A DNA stretch of 64,000 bases, taken from assembly GCF_009834535.1 (NCBI RefSeq), contig NC_045713.1, positions 7,626,001-7,690,000 on the forward strand. Reading direction: 5' to 3'. Source of the stretch: Camelus ferus. Its lineage: Eukaryota. Positions 1-10,400 of the stretch are shown piece after piece. Position 1 is the first letter of the stretch, and every line of letters starts with the position of its first letter. The position numbers were made by a program, and so were the translations under genes. The notes below the pieces were generated by a model. The model did no database searches, was not told the DNA's origin, and worked only from the letters and a program-made list of their open reading frames with translations.

Positions 1-85
1 AGAACAAGGCTCTCATCTGCAGTCAGTGCTGTATCCACGGTGCTCAGCATGCTGCCTGGCATGCAGTAGGAGCTCCATATTTTTG
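1..85 (+). mobile_element. L2 3' terminal fragment
   Basis: cagtgctgtatccacggtgctcagcatgctgcctggcatgcagtaggagctc matches the L2 tail. Confidence 0.6.
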
Positions 86-1201
86 GCTAAGTCTAGTTGG
101 AAGGTTGGGCCAGTTTGTTTGGGACGGGCAGCCTAAACCATGACCCTAAAGCCATGTATGTCTCCACCTGTCACTTACGGCCTCTTGACAGGCAGTCAGT
201 CTAGTCCATCAAGGCCAAATGTCTAGTTCTTCAGGCAACCTGTAGTAGATTAGAAGCTGTCATTAAGCCTGACAGCCTTGCCTTTGTTAAGGGTTGGGAG
301 AAGTCAGGAGACCTGTGAGTGGACAGTGGACTCTTGAGGCTGGTCCTTAAGGAGCCTGAGTTTTTCCTTAGATTCCCCCAAATGGAGAAGAAACCTGGGA
401 GTAATTTAGTCTGGCACCTCCTGTGACTGGTCATCTTTAAGAAGAGGCAGTAGTCCTTGATTTCTTGCTCTGAAGAGGACACCTGCTAAGCAGCTTTTTA
501 AAGTTAATCTCTGGGAAGAGGACAGGGAATGGAGACCACTTCCTCCTTATGAGCTTCTGGACATTCACAGGGCCAGGCCCTCCCTAGCCTCCTTCCTGTT
601 TTACTCTTAAGTCCAGAGATAAATACAGTATGGCCCCAACCAGGAGCCCTTCCTGTCCTCAGATCCTCATCGGAAAGTGAAGGGGCCCATTGGGTCTTTG
701 GAGTGGTTTTTACTGTCATCTGACTTCTGTGGTCTGAGGTAGGATGCTTGAGGTAGAAGTCAGATTGGCTTCAGGAGCATGGGGGCCAGACTAGGGTCGA
801 GTCCTGCCTCCGCAGCCTGCATGCCATGTGCCTTTGGCCAAGATTTGCCTAACCTCTCTGAGTTAGTCTCCCCAACCCCTGCTTATAAAATAAGACATCT
901 ATCCTCCATCTTATTTCTTCCTCATGGCCCTTGGTTCTCTTTTCACAGTTATTCCCAGCAAGCTGTTATGCACAGTCCTGTTCATTAATAAAACTCATGC
1001 TGCAGTAGTTCTGCCAGTACATAGGCTCTGGCTTAAAACAGTGTATTTGCTGTGCCAGGTTTATCCGTAGCGTCGCGGGCAGCCTCTGTTCAGTGATGTT
1101 ATCAAATGCACCTTTCTTGAATGGTTGAGGTAAGTGATACGAAAGGTGTTTGTGTTATTGGGGGATTTTTGAGTGTGTGTTTTCTTGCTCTACCTTTTCA
1201 G

Positions 1202-2772
1202 TACCACTGAAGGAGAAGAGGCTCCTGGATGTCAAATTAGGGGAGCTGCCAAGCTGGATACTGATGCGGGATTTCACCCCTAGAGGCATTGCTGGAGCGT
1301 TTCAAAGAGGTCAGAGCCTTAAGGGCATGCGTAAATAAAAGCAAGTCTCTGGGCCTTCAGGTCTCTTTTTGCCCTGAATTATTTTGGCCAGTAAAAGCCT
1401 TGTCTAAGACCAGTAAGTTACGTAGAGAAGGACATGGCGAGATTGTTAGCCCTTGAATTTCCTTGTTTGATTGGTCCTGTCAAAGGAGGGCTCTGAGGCA
1501 TTTCAGAAAAGGCAATGTTTTCTGTTGCTTGGAATCAGTACCACTCCTTCCATCTTAAAGAACTGTTGTAAGACTTAAGATGAAAATGAAGCATAGGGGA
1601 CATCAGTCCACCATGCTCACCCCCTGCCAGGCAGAACTTCCAAGACGAATATTTGAAATGTCCTTCAGGCCCGTGCATTTTAAAGTGCACTAGTCAGATT
1701 GGTCCTGGGGAACCCATGTCATCATCCTTTGGGGGCCTGTGAAGTCGCCCGCCTCCTCAGGGGCCCCTCCCCTTCTGTGTTCGTCTTTGTAATTCTGGCC
1801 ACTCTGTGGCTCCCTTTTGCGGACTGTTTCTTCCTGCCCTCAGGCCTTTCCTCAGTTTTTTCCTCATTAGAACGGGCAGAGCGTGGCCTCCTCTCCTGTT
1901 TGCAGGTTACTACCGGTATTACAACAAGTACGTCAACGTGAAGAAGGGGAGCGTCGCGGGGCTGTCCATGGTGCTGGCAGCTTACGTGCTCTTCAACTAC
2001 TGCCGCTGTTACAAGGAGCTCAGTGAGTCTCCGGGGTTGCTCTGCCTGCGGTGGGGTTTCCCATGGCAGGGTGATGCTGGTTCACTGTCAGATTTAGTTA
2101 GAAGTGCACCATTCTGACAGCTGAGGGATTGGAAGGACTTAGCAAAATACAGTATATAAGATATTATTTTAAGTGAGAAAATTGGTATAGAGAAAGATAG
2201 GAAAAATAAGATGAAGCTGGGGTGAGGGTAATACTTAGGCAGCATTCTGTAGGATACTGCAGGCTCTCTCAAAGGTTGGTGGGAAATCCGGCTGTATCTT
2301 CCCAGCAGCCAGTGTGAGGAGGGAAACAGGTCGAGTGCCACAGTCCGGAGTCTGTGCAGCGCTCCGTAAAAGCATGGTTGTTCCTGGTGCTGAGACCGGA
2401 GAGGAGTCAGTCTGATGGGAAGTGCCAGGAACAGTGTGCAGTGGCCACCGATTGGGTTGCCTGGGCCATTTCTGACAGCATCCAGCCCTCTGCTAGTCTG
2501 TGGTGCCCAAAGCACGCTGGCCGTGAAGGACGGGGTCTTGGGCATGGTTTGTCTGAGTAGGTGTCCCTCCTAGGAAGGAAGAGTCTGGCCAGGTGGCACA
2601 TTAGCACCCAATTCTGCAGGTTCTGGGCCATCTGAAAGGAAACCTCAGGATGGCTTCTGTGACCTTAGCCTGCCACCCTCCCCGTCAGCCTGTGCTTTGA
2701 CCACACCTTTGAAGAAACTTACCATTTTGCTTTCTAACTTCAGAACACGAGCGGCTGCGCAAGTACCACTGA
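1202..2772 (+). CDS. ATP5MF: ATP synthase membrane subunit f, 5'-partial. Coding exons 1202-1309, 1906-2022, 2744-2772; exon 1 lies upstream of the window
   Basis: The spliced translation VPLKEKRLLDVKLGELPSWILMRDFTPRGIAGAFQR-GYYRYYNKYVNVKKGSVAGLSMVLAAYVLFNYCRCYKELK-HERLRKYH* matches mammalian subunit f. All junctions are AG/GT and phase 1, with TGA at 2770-2772. Confidence 0.97.
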
Positions 2773-2855
2773 AGGAGGCGCACTCTGCATTCCTGACCAG
2801 GACCTTTGCCCTGCACCCCCGAATCCTTTCACATCCTACTAGAGAATCACCACCC

Positions 2856-2861
2856 AATAAA
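2856..2861 (+). terminator. ATP5MF: ATP5MF poly(A) signal AATAAA
   Basis: Canonical hexamer 84 nt after the stop codon. Confidence 0.85.
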
Positions 2862-3620
2862 AGATGACTGTACCTGGACTGCCTCACTGGTTCAGCTGTT
2901 CCCCTGCGCGCTGGTAGCTCCCACCGCACCAGGTGGGATGGGGTGGTTCTGCCCAGTCTAGATGCCCTGGGTCTAGAGCCTCCCGTCTGCAGTGCTGAAG
3001 TGGCCTCCTGTGAGCTGACACTGTCACAGTATAGAGCAGCCCCGGGTTCCTAAGAATGCCTTCCCATCCCCTACCGTTCTGTACCACCCTGGGGGTGTTG
3101 GGGTACCAGGGAGTCAGGACGTGTGGGAAGGAAGCTCAGTGGGATGATTAAGGGGAGTAAGGGGACGCACAGGCCCTGATAAGCACCCGCAACTGCCCCT
3201 GTATCCAGCACTTCTTCCTTACCCTTCACAAAGGCCTTAAGAAAAGTGACGTTAGGTCAGAATTGGTTTCTTATTAAGGGACGTGTGGTGAGCATATACT
3301 GCATGGAGCGTAACATGGTGAGGTGCTGTGGCTAATTATGTCCTAGAAGATCTGAATTAGAATGAACAAGTATCTAACATCTGAAATGAAAGATGCCTGT
3401 CAAGTGGTCATCCCAAAGGCCAGGCTTTCAAACTTTACCAGCTACTGGTACAAAGGCCTCTCTTTCCTTGGCAGCATCACTTCCCATCATGAGATTCACC
3501 AAAAGGGCAAAAGTGAGCACCAACGTCAAAGCTTCGTGCCAGGCAGCTACTGCAGCCAGTAGCAAGAATCTTCTCAGCACAGAGTCCCTAAAGTGACGAG
3601 ACACAGCTTAAAAAACAAGC

Positions 3621-3626
3621 TTTAAT
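3621..3626 (-). terminator. CPSF4: Probable CPSF4 poly(A) signal ATTAAA
   Basis: Plus-strand tttaat reads ATTAAA on minus, about 840 nt after the CPSF4 stop, followed on minus by U/GU-rich sequence. I saw no minus-strand AATAAA between the stop and this site. Confidence 0.65.
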
Positions 3627-4466
3627 TAATCAACTTCATAAAAATTGTTTTTGTAATTGAACTTGAATAGGCCCACTTGCCCAGCAGGTCGCAGGTGCGT
3701 TTCACATTTCCAGGCTCAGAGGCAGGGGCCCCTCCTCCAGACCAGAGGTGTCCGAGTGACCGCACAGATGCTCCATAGGGCAGGAGGTAGGTACACAGAT
3801 GGACTGCATCATCTGTGTAAAGGTGTCTGGAGCTCCGGCCTAACATAGACCTTAAACACTGTCAAGCAGGTGCCCCAAGAAAATAAGCCCAGAGGGAAAA
3901 GACCTTCACATGGGAGAGCCCCACGCCCTTCCTCTCAACAGCCGCTACCTGGGAGCGGGCCCTGGTGCACTTGACCTTGCCCTGAAGGGCTGCCTCGTTC
4001 AAATCACACAGATAGGCACAGCCTGATTCAGCAGGACGGGAAGAAGCAAGCACACCCTGGCCGTAGCTTTAAATGATCCACCGGCCCCCTGGTGTTGAAT
4101 GAGGCCCTGAAGGGAAGGGCCATCTTCCATACAGAGCTGCTGAGCACGGCTCTTCCGCACCAACTCCCTCCCCAGAGAGTGGTGTGCAGGGAGCCCCAGA
4201 TAGGCCTCGATGCCTACACAAACATGATGCCAACTTGAGGGACCAAACTGGAGCACATGTCCTTTAAAAAAAAGGTCACAGCAAAATGACAGGGAAACTG
4301 ACAGACATAGCCCCACAGAATAAAACCCAGCGCGCCCGCCCGCCAGCTCCAGCCAGAGCTGCCCCGGCACTGGCACTGAGCAGTTAAATGTACACTCCCA
4401 AGGACAGCCCGGAGTGGTCCCCAACAACAGGCCCCTCGGGCTGCTCTGGGCTGGCTCCAGCTGCTG

Positions 4467-7400
4467 TCACTGTCCACTGAGAAAGGCCAAGTGCCCTTTG
4501 GTGCATCTGTTGGCGTAGTGTCCTTTTTCACCACACTGGGAATAGCAAGAAGGGAAGGAGGAGACAAAAAAAAAAAGTTTCAAATGCAATTTTCAACTAA
4601 GGTGGCACCCACCAAATACCAGGTTGGGGACAGGGACTCTGGAATTCCCAGTGGCAGATTTTCATTCAAACATGAGGGAAAAGGAGCTTTAGAAGGTACA
4701 GCGGTGCAGACACTGCAGCCAGCAGCTCAGCAGATGGAGGAGACCGTGCGGCAGAAAGCACACGGCAGGGTGGGTGCTGCTCTGGGCAGGGGCGGGCCCA
4801 CGCCAGACACGGAAGGGCTCTTGTAGGGGGGCAGGACGAGAGGGCCGTGGCACCAGAGCGCCCCGCTGCACGCTGGCCAGTCACTTACCTCTGAGGCACC
4901 CATCTGCGACTCCCTGGAGACGGGAGGCAACAAGGCGAGAGAAGCCACCAGGCTCCTCCCCCCACTGAGGGATTCACTGCGTGGACAGGAGGGCTGCACC
5001 CAGTTTTCCCTCCTGGCTCCTGCGTACTGGCCTAAGCTACCCCTGGGGATAGGTTTTGGTCACAGGACCAGAGAGACGGGACATTGATGAGACTTGGTGA
5101 GCAGACCCGGTGGAATCAGCTCTCAGAACTCTAGCACTGACCCCAACTTGTCCCGGCTGGTTTTCCAGGCCCTTCCTTAGCTTCTCTCCATTTGTTCTTG
5201 TTACTCCTCAAAGAGCAGAAGGGAATTACAAGGAAGGAGAGGGCAGCCTTGAGCACTGGACAAGGGGAGGGAGACAGGTGGTGGGGGCAGCCACGCTGCG
5301 CCCTCCCAGTCCCTGCTTCCTCGGCCTGGGACTTGGGGCTCTACTTGGTCACCGCCCGGAACTCCTGCCTGCTCTGTTCCCCAACCCCACAGTCCCTGTG
5401 TTGTCCAGTCTGTCTGATCTACAGGTGTGACTCGTGGACGAGTGGCCAGGGGAGCTGCTTTGGCAGGTGTGATAACCAAGGGGAGGGACTTGGTGACCCT
5501 GCATACGGCACTTGGCTTGTCCATTGGCCTCCGCAGCTGATCCTGGGGAATCCAGGATTCCCACAAGGTGTCCTTAATATTAACTGTGATGTCCCCGTGG
5601 TAGGAAGAGGCTGTTAGATTCGTCCCCCCAGCCCCACCCCCACCCGTCTGAGGTTCCAGGACTCCGGAGAGCTTGCTTGACAGAGGCCCTGCTGGAGTCC
5701 CGGGTGGGGAGGGCAAGAAGACAGCTCAGCTGACTCAGGACACCCGAGTTTTCTCACTGTTCTTGAGAACTGCCTGGTGGGAAGCCATCTGCCTGCCTGC
5801 CACCTCCCTTCACCTTCGTTAACGGCCCCCTTTCTAACTCGCCTCACCTGTTAGGGCTCAGGCTCAGAAACCTCTGAGGCCCTCCGTAAGTGCATGTGCA
5901 CTTCTACCTTCGGCGTCTGGGCACCTGCCTTCCCCTCCCTCGGAACCAGACCCCTCCCGGCAAGGAGCACAGCAGTCGGGTTTCTCAGCCGAGCAGGTGC
6001 TCACTTGGAGGGTCTGATGGCCGACAGGTGGCCAGTGGCTCAGCCTTTCTTAAAGGCAAGCTCTAGGAACAATATAGGCATATGCTTTTTTGACTTGGCG
6101 TGTCTCCTCGTAGGCATGGCTGCTCCAGACACCAGACGGGAGCTCACAAATGTCAGATTCAGCACTGCTTTTAGCAGCAAAGACTATAAATAACTGTTTA
6201 CTAACAGAATTGGTAAAATTATGCGGTCCCTCAAATACATTAGATTTCCATATATTGACATAGATCTAGAACATGTTATAAAGAAAAAAGATGATAGAAT
6301 GTATGTACTCGGGCCCTACATATATTAAAATATGTACTGTCCTTGTGCTTATGTGAATAAAAGCTTAGAAGAGACTTCTCTGAGCGGGGTCCCCTTCAGG
6401 AGTTTTGCAGTGTTAAAGGAGGGTACTGAATACAAAACACACGAGGACCGAAGAGCTGAGGAAAGTGGCTCTTTTAGGAAAGGTTAGGAATAAGGTACAA
6501 CACTCACCTGTACCCTAAACAATGCTATGTCATCTAATAAAAGGTTTTTACAAAAGCACATGCTAATTTTGTACTTTGTCTTGTGATCCCCAAATCTGAA
6601 CTCTTCGCGAGTCTCGTTCTATCATTACTCACTTGGTGGTACTCGTTACCTTTTGTTTCATGACTTTCAACTGTGAACTCATTCTTCAGAATTCTAGTTG
6701 TGGAAATTCTGTGTGACCTGGGTTGAGACTAAATTTCTCAAAGCCAGGCACCCAGGCTCACCCATCCGGAGCTGTTTCAGGCTGGAAAACTCTGTAGCTC
6801 TTCAGCCCTCACCAAGGGCGTGGACATAGGCCCAAACCCAAGGAAGGGCCTGCCTGTGGCCACAAGCTCTGAAGGGGCTTTTCTCCCCACTTTCCATCCA
6901 GAGCCAAGAATGAAACAGACAAGTTTTCTAGTAGGTTTTTAAAATTTTACCCTTTCCCAGAGCATCCTGTTTTTTGGGGGGAGGGAGTGGTGGGAGGGGG
7001 GTTCTAATCCAGTTCCTCCCCAAGTAGGCCTAAAGCTTTGTCCCTTCCCCTTGGGTGTGTCACGTGAGATCTGAGAACACCCAGAGGCTTCAGGACTCTC
7101 TCTGTTCCTTGGATTCGTGCACCAACTTTGTTCCGGGCCTTAAGACGTTTTCATTCATCAAAGTTAGCTAACTCTCTGGGGAGTGAGGGAATGGCTGCTG
7201 ACTGTGAAGACCCCGCCCTGCCCTCCAGCCCCGGGACTCACCTTGTAACAGGTGACCTGCTCCAGCGGCCGGGGTCNNNNNNNNNNNNNNNNNNNNNNNN
7301 NNNNNNNNNNNNNNNNNNNNNNNNNNNNNNNNNNNNNNNNNNNNNNNNNNNNNNNNNNNNNNNNNNNNNNNNNNNNNNNNNNNNNNNNNNNNNNNNNNNN

Positions 7401-10400
7401 NNNNNNNNNNNNNNNNNNNNNNNNNNNNNNNNNNNNNNNNNNNNNNNNNNNNNNNNCACGCGGACTACCAATGGGGACGGAAAAAAAGAGGGCGGGACTT
7501 CTCCCGCATGACCAGCAGGAAGAAGGGCTTCCGCAGTGGCCCTGCTCGGGAGAGCGGGCGGCAGAGAAACATCTGGCGATGATGGCAGGAGCCACTGCCC
7601 GAAAAACACCATGCAGACACACAAAAACGAAAAATAAAAGTTGAAAACAAAACACCAAAGAGACGAGGCGGTCTCTGGGGTGGCAGGGCGAGGGCATGAG
7701 CAGGCCTTACTTTTGTTTGTGAGGTTCTAGCTTCAGGTCAGGATGAACGCTTGGTTCAGCCAGGTGTTTAGCAGCCTACACGGCGAGCAAGTCACAGAAA
7801 AACAGTTGGAGGCTGACAGGCTGACCTGTGGTCTAGGGGCTGAGGGGCCCTCCGCTAGGGAGTCACGTAAGCGAGGGGGATGGGGCTCCTGGAGTGGGGC
7901 CTGGACAGCAAGGCCATCTCCCTACCGAGTGGGTTCTTGCCTCTGGCCCCATAAATGTAGGAGCCCTGAGCTGGAGCCCCCGTTGTGGTGGCTGCGCCCG
8001 CACGCAGCCATGCCCAGCTCTGCCAACAAGGAGTTGCGTCTGATTTACCCCACACCCTCCTGGCGGGGGCGTGGGGGGTCAGTGCAGTGAGTGCAGCCGC
8101 CTGCACGGAGGAGGGCCAGGCAGGGCTTCAGCAACGGGCTGAGTCCAACCAGGTGAGAGGTGCAGACTTAAGATCGCAGGGCAATTTACTCAGCCTGTTG
8201 AGACCCTGCCTAGGACACCCGGCCAGCCTTCCTCTGGGCCCCCAAACCCCTATCCTATAACCAAACCCCAGGTGCCCTTGGTTTGGGGGGCACTGCGGCA
8301 TATCCCCATTTGTCTGTAGCAGTCCCTCTCCCCATGCTTGAGGGGACCAGCCCACCACTAGGTGGTGGCAGCCCCTCACCTAGGAGACCAGAGCCGGCTG
8401 GTCCTTCAGCCCTCTCTTCCCAGCACCCCTCCCTGCAGCCGGGAGCCTCTCCACCCGAGCAGTAACGGCCCAGCCAGAGAACCAGTCAGCCTCAAGTCTG
8501 CTCCTGCCCAGCTGGGGCCTCTCACGTGAGTCCCACTCATAGAGGGAAGGGTCTGAACCAGAAGCAAGAGCAGCAGACACGTGGCGCCCACGCCGCCCTC
8601 CAGTCCGGCTCCCGGGGCCGGCGCTGAGCCGTCTCGGCACTCACCCGCACTCACCCGGCAGGAAGGGAGAAGCCCAGCGGGCCTCCGGCCCCAGCAGACA
8701 GCTCTCCACCTCCAGAGAAAGGTGCAAACTGATCTGCTGCCTGGATTTCCTGCTGGAACCAGGGTGACCCCCCTCCTCTCCCGCCTCCTCCCTGCCCTCC
8801 TCTCCCACAGTCGCCAGGGCTCCAGCCCAGTCTACGGCAAGCCCTGCACTGAGGCAGGCACTGTGTTTGTTGCTGCAAGGGCGCAGCCAGGGCCAGCGGC
8901 ACCGCAGGGCCGAGGCACAGTACCTTTGCGGGTGGCTGCGTCTGCTGTGGCAGTGGGGGCTGCTCGGTGGTTCCCATCGGCAGTTCAAATCGAGGGCTGG
9001 TCACCAGGCAGCAGGAGGGGATAGGAACAAGAGAAGGAGAAGACGAGGTGAGAGAGATGAGAGGCCAGGTGGGATTCTCAAGTTCTGGCCCCAGGAAAAT
9101 CACAGCCAGCCTCTAGCCAAGCACAGAGCAACACAAACCACCTGGAGGTGGGCTGGGTGCTGGCGCCCAGCTCCACCCCTGCACCCCTGGAGAAAGGAGG
9201 GAAACACAGGCGGTACCTTCAGAACCTCTCCAGAGGCACTTCGTACACAGAAGGCCCTCCCTACACACACCCTCCCCTCAGGGTCCGACAACAGAATCCC
9301 TGGGGAACACACCAACACCCCTCCAGCCCCTGCCCCGCTAGGAGGGATCACCGGGCCACTTGTAGTCCCCTGGGCTGCCACCTATGGAGTGGGACCAAGC
9401 CAGCAGCACCAGCCACTGCCCACCACGTGGCAGCAACACTGCTTCTGCGTAGGTGCCAGCAGTGTGGACGGAGGCAGCACAGGGAGGTCACTACGGTCCC
9501 AGTGCCACCCCACAACCACCCAAAGTGACAGATGTGCACTGAGGCCCAGGAGAGGAACGCTGGGCAAGGAGGTTCTGGATTTAGAGGCCAAAGACCTGCG
9601 TCCTCATGACCCTGGCCAGTGGCTGAGCTCTGAGCCTCAGCGTTCCCATGTATGAAATTGGGACCTTCTTTCACGTATGAGAGTTCCATGAACCAGAGTA
9701 ACCCCAAGTTCCCTTCCTTTAGGGCACAGGTTCTTGACCTGAGGTCCCTAAATGATCAGCAAGGTCGTATGTGCGTGTTTCTGGATCATGGGGCCCACAG
9801 CTTTCATCTGCGTCTAAGATGCCTGTGACCCAACAAAGCTTAAGCACTGGTTTGGGCGCAGCCACCTCTGGGCTCAGGAAGCAGTGCTGGTCCCTCCCCA
9901 CGTCCCACCCACCCCTGCCCCAGACCGCTGTGATGACACTACCCAGGAACCAGAGCCCAGGCGGACCCAGGAGAGACAAAGGGAGCAGCAGGGCCTGGGC
10001 AGGGGCTGGCTACTCACTGCATAAATTTACACGAGGGCCCCTCCGGGCAGAAGCCCACGAGGTAATTCACACAGATGACTCTCCGCGTGTGCCGGTGCCT
10101 GCACAGGGGGCCTGTGGAGCCAAGCGTCAGGGTCAGACTGTCATCCCTTCTTCGGTGGACACCTGCCCTCATGCCCCTCTGCCAGTCAGAGCCCTGCCCA
10201 CACAGCTGCCTGGGGTGCGGAGACTAAGAGCAGGGCTTCAAGTGCTGGCTCTGGCTCTTATTCAGAGGAGACAGCAGGCAGGGCACACTACCTCTCAAAT
10301 ACCAGCCTTCCTTATCAAAAACACAGGTGAGAATGCAGTCCACGAGGGAGCCCGGGGAGACTCGGGGAGCTGAGGGTGTGAAAAAGCCTCACGAGCCCCT

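Noticed and set aside
2001-2009. CRC (CxC) motif in ATP5MF where I recall CRS in cattle
   Set aside because: A single substitution with no evidence of function, and the comparison comes from memory.
8867-9655. 262-aa ORF antisense to CPSF4 exon 6
   Set aside because: Low-complexity GC-rich translation with no start or domain support.
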